A stretch of 64,000 nucleotides of DNA from Octopus bimaculoides. Taxonomy: Eukaryota. The notes beneath the pieces are model-generated. The model ran no database searches. It saw only the letters and a program-made list of their open reading frames with translations, and was not told the DNA's origin. The position numbers were made by a program, and so were the translations under genes. Numbering within the stretch: the stretch's first letter is position 1; each line of letters begins with the position of its first letter. Positions 1-11,941 of this stretch are shown here, one piece after another. The DNA is taken from positions 78,926,764-78,990,763 of the forward strand of contig NC_068990.1 of assembly GCF_001194135.2 (NCBI RefSeq). Reading direction: 5' to 3'.

Positions 1-480
1 GAGAGTCAATTGGTGTTTACTTGTGAGCTCATTTTCCTTTTTTCTCAACATTGTTATATCAGGTCTATTGGGCTTACATTTTAGAAAGGTTTTGGAAGGA
101 ATATTCCATTAGTATTTTTATTTTCATTTTAAGAACGTGTCGTCTTCGTCACTCTAACTTATATTTTCAGCTTCTGAACTCTCATTGCAAAGAATCGCAG
201 TGTGTTTCAACAACGACGTCATAGGTAGATAAGTGTTTTGGTAATAGTGTAGCTGTTGTTGACCCAAAATACTCTCTATTTTGGTTAGCTATGTTAGTGG
301 TGCTTTGAAGTATTCTAACAGTAATTCCTGATATATTCTCTTATGATAAAACTGTGAAACTTCTCTGGTTCTGTATCTTTGGTTATTATTGATGGTGTTT
401 CTATCTTCCCCTAGAAATAATCATAATCTTAAGATTTCCTCAACAAAAGGACAAAATGGTTTAGAAAAAAGTATAACCAG
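1..480 (-). mobile_element. Degenerate RLE-type (R4/Dong-like) LINE fragment, CATA-lineage
   Basis: Minus-strand translation near 20-110 reads KY*WNIPSKTFLKCKPNRPDITMLRKKE, matching WWNISIKASIKCKHNRPDIVVWDR of the copy at 20182-20943. Stops and frameshifts are present. Confidence 0.6.
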
Positions 481-487
481 CATCAGA

Positions 488-491
<4 letters not shown>

Positions 492-543
<52 letters not shown>
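492..543. repeat. (AG)n microsatellite
   Basis: Seen directly. Confidence 0.97.
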
Positions 544-546
<3 letters not shown>

Positions 547-1168
547 TTCAGGACTGCGGTGCAAAACAAAGCCAGCTTGACTATGGCCTTCCCTTCTAGT
601 CTCTGTGATTTTAACGGAGTGAAGGGTTTCTTGCATTCATGTCTGATTATAAGAATCGAATTCTTCTTGTGATCCAACCGGCCTGCGACTATAATTCCTT
701 TTAATATCATAGTTCTGATAATTTGAAGTCGCTCGGAAAATTTCTAAACTTCTTTTGTTGTTCTGATATTGCGCCCGTGAAGGAAGAACTTTCACGCTGG
801 CTGTATAAATTTTTTACATTCAATTCCACATTGCAATTGCACAGAAGTTCTTCATTCTCAGAATGGTGGTTTTTATTTTATTCGACTTACTTTTGCCGTA
901 TATTTCTACCCCTTTGATAGAATACTGATCAATATCTCAATGTGTCATATGTGTGTATACATTTATGTATATAAGCCTAAGCGTATGTATAGAGGTGCGC
1001 ATGTAATGCATGAATGCATGTGCGTACGTACAGAAGTACAAACGCAGTCCACGCGGAACCTTTTTAGTTGAGTAGCTTGAATTCCTCAAAGAAACTAAAT
1101 AAATCTCAAAGAGAATAACTGCCACGCGACTCTGAAACAAAGGCACACATACACCTATACAGTAATTA

Positions 1169-1170
<2 letters not shown>

Positions 1171-1217
<47 letters not shown>

Positions 1218-2297
1218 NNNNNNNNNNNNNNNNNNNNNNNNNNNNNNNNNNNNNNNNNNNNNNNNNNNNNNNNNNNNNNNNNNNNNNNNNNNNNNNNNNN
1301 NNNNNNNNNNNNNNNNNNNNNNNNNNNNNNNNNNNNNNNNNNNNNNNNNNNNNNNNNNNNNNNNNNNNNNNNNNNNNNNNNNNNNNNNNNNNNNNNNNNN
1401 NNNNNNNNNNNNNNNNNNNNNNNNNNNNNNNNNNNNNNNNNNNNNNNNNNNNNNNNNNNNNNNNNNNNNNNNNNNNNNNNNNNNNNNNNNNNNNNNNNNN
1501 NNNNNNNNNNNNNNNNNNNNNNNNNNNNNNNNNNNNNNNNNNNNNNNNNNNNNNNNNNNNNNNNNNNNNNNNNNNNNNNNNNNNNNNNNNNNNNNNNNNN
1601 NNNNNNNNNNNNNNNNNNNNNNNNNNNNNNNNNNNNNNNNNNNNNNNNNNNNNNNNNNNNNNNNNNNNNNNNNNNNNNNNNNNNNNNNNNNNNNNNNNNN
1701 NNNNNNNNNNNNNNNNNNNNNNNNNNNNNNNNNNNNNNNNNNNNNNNNNNNNNNNNNNNNNNNNNNNNNNNNNNNNNNNNNNNNNNNNNNNNNNNNNNNN
1801 NNNNNNNNNNNNNNNNNNNNNNNNNNNNNNNNNNNNNNNNNNNNNNNNNNNNNNNNNNNNNNNNNNNNNNNNNNNNNNNNNNNNNNNNNNNNNNNNNNNN
1901 NNNNNNNNNNNNNNNNNNNNNNNNGTCCATCCATCCGTCCATCCTTCCATCATCCATCCATCCGTCCGTCCGTCCATCCATTCATCCATCCATCCATTCA
2001 TCCATCCATCCATCCATTCATCCATCCATCCATCCGTCTGTCCATCCATCCGTCCATCTATCCATCCATCCACCCATCCATCCATCCATCCGTCCGTCCA
2101 TCCATCCGTCCATCCATCCGTCCATCCATCCATCCATCCATCCATCCGTCCGTCCATCCATCCATCCATTCATCCATCCATCCATTCATCCATCCATCCA
2201 TCCATTCATCCATCCATCCATCCATCCATCCATCCATCCATCCATCCATTCATCCATCCATCCATCCATCCATCCGTCTGTCCATCCATCCATCCAT

Positions 2298-2333
<36 letters not shown>

Positions 2334-2357
2334 CCATCCGTCCATCCATCCATCCAT
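1171..2357. repeat. (CA)n, N-gap 1218-1924, then a long (TCCA)n/(TCCG) tetranucleotide array
   Basis: Seen directly. It produces the artefactual MDGW ORFs. Confidence 0.97.
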
Positions 2358-2883
2358 ATTCAATATCTCTCTTTCCATACAAACCATTTCCTCACTCTTG
2401 TAACAGTTGCACTTTTGTCAATTGAAGTGAAATGTCAATTTACAGACTGATGTTTTCTGTTTACCGACTGATGTCCAGTGTTTAACAGCAGATGAAGCTT
2501 GTTTACTTATCATTGTTTCAATGTTTACCAACTCATGCAACAGTTTAGTGTTTGATCTCAACCTTACAACATGAAACATTTCTATTGATTGCTTACATTT
2601 CAAGTATTCCGCATTGATATATTCTCGTCGACCCCATTGCCATATCCGTTACATCTCAAATCGACGTAGTTTCATTATCAGCAAATTGCAGATAATGAAG
2701 TAGTTAATCTATAAATCATTGGGCCTTTATTAAAATAATCTCAAGAGTCGTGAAAGAAAACTGTGCGGTGAGTTAATGTTGTTGCTGTCGTAGTTGTTTA
2801 ACCGTGGGTCATTGAAAGACGATACCAGTGATCAGAGGTGAGCATCCGACTTCGTTTATTGGTAATACGAGTAATTCTAGTGA

Positions 2884-3145
2884 TAGGTCTGATCAAAAAG
2901 TATCGGGACTGATGCTATCAAAAGAAAACTACAACACATATCAACTCGGCATTTAATCCCTTCCGAGACCACACCCTTTATCCAGCGTCGTTTCCATTCA
3001 TAGAAGCATCCCCGGAACTTCTTGGGGGGCGGGCGGGGGCGGGATAGCAAGCAGTTGCCTCATCGCATTGTCTTGGATTTCCTCGACGTCGTGGAATCTT
3101 TATCTTTTCAAGGGGGATTTGATTTTTGGAAAGAGTCTTGGCCGT
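2884..3145 (-). mobile_element. Mariner transposon 3' end fragment with one TIR
   Basis: TIR-like TAGGTCTGATCAAAAAGTATCGGGACT at 2884. Minus strand reads KFRGCFYEWKRRWIKGVVSEG, resembling the mariner transposase C-terminus. Confidence 0.6.
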
Positions 3146-3175
3146 AATAACCTACCCTCCATGTCTCTTCCCACG

Positions 3176-3198
3176 CAGACACACACACATACTTACAA

Positions 3199-3288
<90 letters not shown>

Positions 3289-3514
3289 GCACACATATGC
3301 ACAAACACAAACACACACGACCGTACAGATACGTATATTTATATATACATATATACATAAACTCTAATCAAATGCATTCAGCGCTACTTTCTTTCATTTG
3401 TTTACTCACATCTATCTATCTATCTATCTATTTATCTATCCTATCTATCTATCTATCTATCTATCCATCCATCTATCCATCCATCCATCCATCCATCCAT
3501 CCATCCATCCATCC

Positions 3515-3564
<50 letters not shown>

Positions 3565-3660
3565 GCATATATTATGTATACACACACACACATATATATA
3601 TGTAAATATCTACATGTATGTATGTAATGTGTGTGTGAGTATGTGTGCGCGCGTGTGTGT
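3176..3660. repeat. Compound microsatellite (CA)n/(TCTA)n/(TCCA)n/(TA)n/(TG)n
   Basis: Seen directly. Confidence 0.95.
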
Positions 3661-5188
3661 AGGGGAGTAAAAATCATGGATGCCATTTAGCAAAACAAAC
3701 TGATTAAAGAAACATTTACCAGTCGTCCTGAAACCTAAAGATTACAATGTCAGATAACGCAAAGTTAAATAAAATAAAGAATAATTCTGTTTAGTTTTCC
3801 ACCTATTTTTATTTCTCCATTACGACTCGATATGTTTATTCCCATATGTGAAGTTTTATTAATGTTAATATCTGGTTGTAATTCATACTCTTCTTCCCGG
3901 TTTTCATTTATGGTAAAGGCAGTGATTATCGATTAACGTGGAAGCTATTTCGATCGATACCACCTGCAAAGTTTTTTCTAGCGTCTAATCAAGGAATCTA
4001 AAAGTTGCTTTTGCTTCTAGTATTCTAGGCTATTGTATATTGGTAGACGTTCTTTTGGTTCGAGGAAAAAGATATTCAATCAGGACATAATCCTTGCAAT
4101 AAGGAAGCAATATATCTATAGAAATCCCAAGATATTTCCAGCATTAATCATCAAAAACATGTAAATTAAGAGAATTGACTCATTAGTTTTACTGTCGAGT
4201 TGAATTCTATCCCCAAATCCTGTCAACATGAAGTATGTTGATATGTTTTGTATGCGCTACATGATCGGTAACTTATCAATATTCTCCTGGTGTCATTTCG
4301 TTGCTGTTCTTGCTAGCAGTTTAAATTTATATTCTCAATTTATGTTGTGGTTATTGTCATTGCTTCGTGACAAGTTGTTTGGCAATGTTACTACTCTTCC
4401 TCACGGAATGAAACCTTTCTCGAATAGACAACAGTGATGGGAAGTAAAAACATTTTCCACCAAAATAATCAAATAATACAAACTACTGAATAAAACTGAA
4501 AAATTGATAGAGAAAATTCTGAATGTAATATGCAGAATTTTATTACACTATCAAATTATATATATAAAAAAAACACATAAAACTCTACCTAATTAGACCA
4601 TCTTCAGATATACGCTCCAGGTAAATTGATTTAACTGGAACTGAAACCAGTCGATCTTTACCAATTTGCTGTCATTCATTAAAAATACTACTATTTACAA
4701 AAATATCCAGTGTTTTAATTTCACAGTTACTCCTGTATTTTTTTTTAAAATTTGCTCATATAAGAGTTGTCTAAACGAATCTTCAATAAAAGGAAGTTGT
4801 TTGCTCTATCAACTGATGGCTTTATCAGTTTCTCATAAATCTTTGGTCGGTGATTACGAAATATTTGATTCACGTTTCAGAGATACAGACTTCGGTTCAT
4901 TTTAAATTTCTTCAAACTTTGTCGCAAAGATATCATACAATAAAAACATTGATTACAATACAGGATTATGTTCATTATTTTATTAAGAATCATTGCCATA
5001 TTTACCACGTGAGTTTTTAGAAACTTTGCTAATAATTCAGTTCTGCAGTTATTTTGATTGTCCTTAATAAGAAATATGACAAAATTAAGTAACTTTTTAT
5101 TCTCCAAAATATGGCAACCCTCAATGACAATTTTATAAAGTGGGCTTTTTTGCCTAGACTAAAATCTGGATTTAGAAAACAATGTTTG

Positions 5189-5504
5189 ATGGAAATGAGA
5201 CAACCCTATATTTGAACCACAATTAGTGTGAAACTCCAATCTATAATATAATGAACTTATTGTATACAATACAATGTTCAGGTGCACTACAACTCATCGG
5301 AAAAAGTATATGTATATATGTGTGTACGTATATATATAGACGTATAATTTACATATATATATATANNNNNNNNNNATATACATATACTTTTTCCGATGAG
5401 TTGTAGTGCACCTGAACATTGTATTGTATACAATAAGTTCATTATATTATAGATTGGAGTTTCACACTAATTGTGGTTCAAATATAGGGTTGTCTCATTT
5501 CCAT
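5189..5504. repeat. Perfect ~129-bp inverted repeat (5189-5317 / 5376-5504) flanking a 10-N gap
   Basis: The right arm is the exact reverse complement of the left (ATGGAAATGAGACAACCC...AAAAAGTATATGTATAT). Gap at 5366-5375. Confidence 0.9.
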
Positions 5505-5585
5505 ATATATATATATATATATAAATATATATATATAAATATATATATGTGTGTGTGTGTGTATATATATGTATTTATAAGTGTG

Positions 5586-5627
<42 letters not shown>

Positions 5628-6927
5628 TATGTATATATGCATGCATGTATGTATGGAAAGCGAATATGTAACAAGGATGTCAAAATATTAGTGCATTACC
5701 ACCGTTTCAGGCGGCTCCATTTAATCGAACAATGCAAGCATTTCATCAATTTGAGACTCACCGCTTTCTTCGGATGCATAAGACCATATAGGTTTTCAAC
5801 ATCCAGGATATTCCATTAAAATTTCTTAGCAAATATATAATCAGAACTAGAGAATAAAAGAATTATATGCTTGTTGCTATTATTGAAGCAGAATGAACTT
5901 AGAGAGAGAAAATACCCCAACTATGATTTGGAGAGGCAGAAGAGAATAACAATGGGGGTCATGAGATGATAATATAGCTACATTTATCTATCTCCTTATC
6001 ACCATCAAAAGATCTAATGCAGCTAGTATACTACGTGTTCCAGCTACTGCTGATAATTTAATTCATGTCAGATACTCTCCCAAACCCCTAATTTACTAGT
6101 GCTATAAATTCTCTATAATTACATAAAGAAACAAATCTCAGAAGACGTCAGTGGTATATGCCCAGAAAGAGGGAAGGTAGGGGTGACATAAACTCTTTTT
6201 TTATTATTATCAGTTAAAGGGGCCTACAATAGAAAATAAAGGATGCTAGAATGAGATCTAAATGAATATTAAAGAAATAGGGGGGAAAATATAACCAAAA
6301 TTTATCAAAATTTATATATTATTATATTTTGTATAAAAAAATTAAAATTTTAAAATTTAGAAAGGGATGTAAGGACGAAGTAAGATAAGAAGCATGTATA
6401 AATAAATTTAAGCCCTAAAAAAGTAGAGAACTTTTATATAAAATAGAAGCTTCCTAATACTTCATCCTAGCAAATTTTTTAGGGGTCATGATAAAGCCAT
6501 TGAAATAGTGAACCCATAATTACATTCAGATATCATCCGAGAAACAGGTACACAATTTCTATTGACTGAAAACCAGGTAAAAAAAATGAGATAATTGGTT
6601 CTATAACAGATAAACATTAAAAATAATTATAGTTATATAAAAAAAATTTCCAAGGTTGTGAAAAATCTTAAAGGCTAGGAATTATATGATTCTACATTCC
6701 TCAGCGTCTGTAATATAATTTCATAAAACCGCATTCAATGGTATCCTTATCTTACTTTATTTATTTCTTAATTTTCCTTTTATTTTTTCTTCTCATTTTT
6801 AGTTTTTATTTTTCTCTTTATTTTGTTATTCTTTATTTCTCCTTATATTCAGCTATGAACAATTTTTTAATCTCTATTNNNNNNNNNNNNNNNNNNNNNN
6901 NNNNNNNNNNNNNNNNNNNNNNNNNNN

Positions 6928-6979
<52 letters not shown>

Positions 6980-7201
6980 CATGTATGTATTATTATGTAT
7001 GTATGGGTGTCTTGCGAAGTAGTGGTGCAGAATAAACAAACATTTCCTCAATTTAGTTCAAGTATGTGATTTTCACTGCCATTTGCTAGGAAGGAAGATT
7101 AAATTCTTACTTTAAAAGAAAGGAGTAAACGCACCAAAGTCAGTTCAGACTTCCGCTTATAGACTGGTAGACGTATTTCGAACTTTTTATACTCTCCTCA
7201 G

Positions 7202-7306
7202 AACCAGATACCAAGCGGGGCAACTCTAGACGCATTGGAAGAATTAGCTAAGAAAGCAGTCAACCAGTATACTGAGTGTGTGTCTTGTCCGATGCACTGC
7301 CGTAAA
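7202..7306 (+). CDS. Internal coding exon candidate (phase 0-0) of an unidentified protein: NQIPSGATLDALEELAKKAVNQYTECVSCPMHCRK
   Basis: Polypyrimidine acceptor tttttatactctcctcag| and donor AAA|gtaaat. 105 bp; only frame 0 is open; helical, protein-like composition; GC higher than flanks. Confidence 0.7.
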
Positions 7307-7567
7307 GTAAATCTTTTGTTTTTTACTTGTTAAATATATCCCGAACCTGTCGAAAATTGGTCGTTCTCCCATTTCATAGTTGACCCCGACAAACATCAGC
7401 TACATCCCTGCTGTATTCTTGAGATATTCTTTTGTTTGTAAAATTACTTCTCATATGATGATTACGGATTTTTGTAATTGAGTAACGTTCTCATTTTTCT
7501 ATTAAAAAGATACGTAAGAAACAGCTGTAATGGGCTGACAATTATTCATCTTATGTTACTATTCATT

Positions 7568-7608
<41 letters not shown>

Positions 7609-7894
7609 GTGTAACATACGGCAGGTAAGAAAACGGAGAGGATATGAAACCGACAGACATCAGCCAGTAAGCATTCAAGTATGTCTATTCAATTGTATTG
7701 GATGACTACATACACATATATGAATGATACGGAGTAACGAGGAGAAAAAGCTGGCAACTGCATAACTAGCACTTGACTATGACTAATTAGGTACACTACC
7801 AGCAGTATATTGGGTAGGTACTATCCCTTAGTCGGTTTCTCAACCTCTACCTCACACAGAAATACATATATAACACATATATACTTAGATATGT

Positions 7895-9051
7895 TTCGAC
7901 CAAAGATTGGTCCAGGCCATGTCTAACTTAATAGCACCACCTGATAGGATTATCTAAATCCTTTTGTAAGCCAACTTTTGTTTATGGTCCATTCAAGTAG
8001 TGAGTTCTTGTTGAGTGAGTTGTATCCGGGTATGGGTGGCTTATCTGGTATTCCTTGAAGAAATCTGTCTAGACTCCGTTTAAAGCTGATAGGATCCTTT
8101 TCCCCTTTTATCTGTTTTGGGACAATGTTAAACAGAGAAGGGCCTGTTGAGGAAAAGAAATTATGCCGCAGTGTACCTATATGTTGTGATCCTGAATTGG
8201 GCAGGGGACGTATGGCCCGTGGTCCCAGCCTTGGATGAACCTTGAAACTAATGTTCAGGTCGTTTGGGCAATGCTGGCGGTCTAATCTCCACATCGTACA
8301 GATGATGTACCGCTCGCGGCGGTGCGGAAGAGAGTAGAGCTTCAAGGTTTTAAGGCGGTCCCTGTAATGAAGATCAGCCATGCCTTCAATTCGTTTAGTG
8401 AGTGCCCTCTGGGGTGATTCAATCCTCGAGATGTTTTGTTTTGTATGGGGAGACCACAAGGGGCAACAGTATTCGAGGTGTGGCTGTACAAAGGAGGAGA
8501 AAAGTGGAATGATGACACCTTGTTCTCTAAACCGGAAGATTCTTAAGATCCAGGAGCTCATCCTACGAGCTATATCGACCTTATTGTTGATGTGGGCACT
8601 CCAACTGAGATTGTTATCAACAATTACACCCAGATCTCTGATTTTATTGGAAGCCGTGAGCGGTTCCCCTGAAAGAAGAGAGTATGGCTATTTGCGTATA
8701 GACTTTCTTCCGAAATGCATCAGCTCAAATTTTCCCTCGTTCAGTTTCATTCTGCTTTTGTCTGCCCATTGACTCACCGCATATAGATCAGACTGGAATT
8801 GGGTTTGGTCTTCTTCTTCTTTGATGATTTGCTGGAGCTTAGTGTCATCAGCAAATATTTTCACTTTGCAGTGATTTACGACGCTGGAAAGGTCATTTAT
8901 ATAAATTATAAAGCGGAGCGGGCCCAAGACAGTCCCCTGAGGGACCCACTGGTGACTTTTGGTGGGCTTGAGCGGACTCCATCGACTACAACTTCTTGTG
9001 TTCTATTCTCCAGGAAATACTTAATCCAGAGTAGAAGTTTTCCACGGATTC
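7895..9051 (-). mobile_element. CR1-clade LINE, 5'-truncated RT C-terminus and 3' end
   Basis: ORFs 8688-8927 (FIIYINDL...KIFADDTKL) and 7950-8561 (VQPHLEYCCPLWSPH...RRERYIIC) are typical CR1 RT/C-terminal motifs. Frameshifted and ends at a gap. Confidence 0.88.
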
Positions 9052-10498
9052 NNNNNNNNNNTATATATATATATATATATGTATGTATGTGTGTGTGTGT
9101 GTGTGTGTGTGTACGGGAGACCGACATGTTTTTTCATATAGGTAGTAACGAAGAGTAGAAAGATCATTTCCCGTAGTCAGGTAATGCACCCATTCAGACA
9201 ATTGGTCTGTCGTAGTTTTATGTCGCCGATAATTATTCTTACAAGAGAAGAGGATAGAGGGAGTGGGGGTGGAGTGTGGCGAGAGTGAAGTTCACATTAA
9301 TGTACTGACACCATTTTCCATAAACTATCGAATCTGTTTCAGGAAGTTATTAATTACGATAATGTAGTTAGAACTATAGTTAATAACATTTAAACAAGCT
9401 GAGACGCCGACATACAGGAACAGAGAGACGGGAGATTGATAGAGACAAAAATATAATGAATATATAATCTGAAAATAAGTAGAGGATAATAATAGAAACA
9501 ATTTATTAATAGCAATAGAAGGAGAGAAAGTGGGAGAGAGAGAGGGAGGAGAGAGAGAGAGAGAGAGAGAGGCGAGAGAGAGATGAAGAGGGAGATAAAG
9601 GAGAGTAAATAATAGGTGAGTAATTTGTAGTGCATGAACGAATGTGGAACAGAGAGGTTGAAAGTAATGAAAGGGCAAATTGGGAATCATGTCTATATAC
9701 ATATATATNNNNNNNNNNNNNNNNNNNNNNNNNNNNNNNNNNNNNNNNNNNNNNNNNNNNNNNNNNNNNNNNNNNNNNNNNNNNNNNNNNNNNNNNNNNN
9801 NNNNNNNNNNNNNNNNNNNNNNNNNNNNNNNNNNNNNNNNNNNNNNNNNNNNNNNNNNNNNNNNNNNNNNNNNNNNNNNNNNNNNNNNNNNNNNNNNNNN
9901 NNNNNNNNNNNNNNNNNNNNNNNNNNNNNNNNNNNNNNNNNNNNNNNNNNNNNNNNNNNNNNNNNNNNNNNNNNNNNNNNNNNNNNNNNNNNNNNNNNNN
10001 NNNNNNNNNNNNNNNNNNNNNNNNNNNNNNNNNNNNNNNNNNNNNNNNNNNNNNNNNNNNNNNNNNNNNNNNNNNNNNNNNNNNNNNNNNNNNNNNNNNN
10101 NNNNNNNNNNNNNNNNNNNNNNNNNNNNNNNNNNNNNNNNNNNNNNNNNNNNNNNNNNNNNNNNNNNNNNNNNNNNNNNNNNNNNNNNNNNNNNNNNNNN
10201 NNNNNNNNNNNNNNNNNNNNNNNNNNNNNNNNNNNNNNNNNNNNNNNNNNNNNNNNNNNNNNNNNNNNNNNNNNNNNNNNNNNNNNNNNNNNNNNNNNNN
10301 NNNNNNNNNNNNNNNNNNNNNNNNNNNNNNNNNNNNNNNNNNNNNNNNNNNNNNNNNNNNNNNNNNNNNNNNNNNNNNNNNNNNNNNNNNNNNNNNNNNN
10401 NNNNNNNNNNNNNNNNNNNNNNNNNNNNNNNNNNNNNNNNNNNNNNNNNNNNNNNNNNNNNNNNNNNNNNNNNNNNNNNNNNNNNNNNNNNNNNNNNN

Positions 10499-10555
<57 letters not shown>

Positions 10556-10730
10556 TAATAATAAATCTCAGGATAGCAAAAAATTTTAGAAATTTTATTT
10601 TCTACCAGTGGTCTAGCGAGATGAAAAAAAAACTAGTCAATAGACTATATATTATTCATAGAAATACATACAGTGTACATTTAAACACATAAGAGAGATG
10701 TCCATTCCCTTTCGAAATTATATATATATA

Positions 10731-11887
10731 TTGGGTCATCCTTTAAATAATGCGGATTTTTTTCAATTGTATGAACAACAAGTCGGAGGGGTATGGAATA
10801 AACTATCTGCATCAACTTGCTATAAAAGCAGGTAGCAATTTTACATCGTATTTCTACTTAGTGCAAAGTTTGCAGAATACAGTTCGATTTTAACACTTAT
10901 TTTTTCAAAGCTATAATGGAAGTGACAAACGAGCATATTCGGTATATTTTGCTTTATGAATTCAATAAAGGCAACAACGCAACGGAAAGAGCGAGGAATA
11001 TTAACGCTGTATGTGGGGATTGGACAATAAGCGTAAGCCAGTGTCAATGTCAACGGTGGTTCCAGAAATTCGGAGCCGGAAATTACAGACTAGAAGATGA
11101 GCCACATTTTGGAAGATCTGTAGAGCTCGACGAGGACTTCTTGCAAAATCCGGTCGTAATTGTTGAGGAACTAGGAGAGGTGCTTGGATTTGGTCATTCA
11201 ACCATTCATTGACACCTGCGTGCAATCGGAAATGTCAGCAAATTGGGTCAATGTGTTCCTCACAAACTTTCGGAGTCTAATCGTGCGCAGTTAGTGAATG
11301 TGTGCTCTTCTTTGCTGTCACGTCTCACCAATGAACATTTTTGGGGACCAAGTAGTGACTGGTGACGAGAAATGAATTCTCTATAAAAATTCAAGCGCCA
11401 AAGACAGTAGGGAAAGGAGAAACACTGGCACCCCAGGCTAAAGAACGTCTTCACTCAGCGCTAGAAGAAAAACGACCATCGTTGGTTTCAAGAACAAAAG
11501 TCTTCTTCCAGTAGTATAATACTCGGCCACATACAGCGAGGATGACGTTCCAAAGCCTGGAGCTGTTTGGATGGGAAACGATGCACCACCTACCATATTC
11601 ACCGGACATTGCCCAATCTGATTAATACTCATTCCTCAATCTTCAAAATCATTTGGACGAAAAAAATATGAATTCTGTAGACGAGGTCAGAACAGTACTG
11701 GAGCTGTATTCTTCGTCACGGATAAGTGAACTATTGAAGAGGGGCCTCGCAAGTGTACAAGATAGTTAGAAGAGCATTGTAGAAAATGATGGAGAGTATA
11801 TTTTAGATGAAAAAAGAACTTTGTTTATCTTAATGTTAAAAAATAAAAGAAGTACTAAAAAACCGCATTATTTGTGGTATGACCCAA
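10731..11887 (+). mobile_element. Mariner transposon (cecropia/Hsmar1-like), inactivated
   Basis: Imperfect ~30-bp TIRs TTGGGTCATCCTTTAAATAATGCGG / CCGCATTATTTGTGGTATGACCCAA, with TA at the left. Transposase remnant HIRYILLYEFNKGNNATERARNINAV, CVPHKL (WVPHEL motif) and PPYSPDIAQSD (YSPDLAPSD motif). Contains stops and a deletion. Confidence 0.92.
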
Positions 11888-11894
11888 AATGTGT

Positions 11895-11941
<47 letters not shown>

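Noticed and set aside
937-2249. Long ORFs such as the 410-aa MDGW.. ORF and other X-rich ORFs
   Set aside because: They are translations of (TGGA)n, (CA)n or (TA)n microsatellites and N-gaps, not genes. The same applies to all poly-X, HT, YI, VC and poly-D/I/Y ORFs.
1925-2357. Regular repeat arrays as possible CRISPR
   Set aside because: Pure 2-4 bp units with no unique spacers or cas genes, in a eukaryotic context.
5830-6740. Purine-rich, decayed-looking block (similar texture at 40800-41700)
   Set aside because: Possibly an ancient LINE, but I found no recognisable motif, so no call is supportable.
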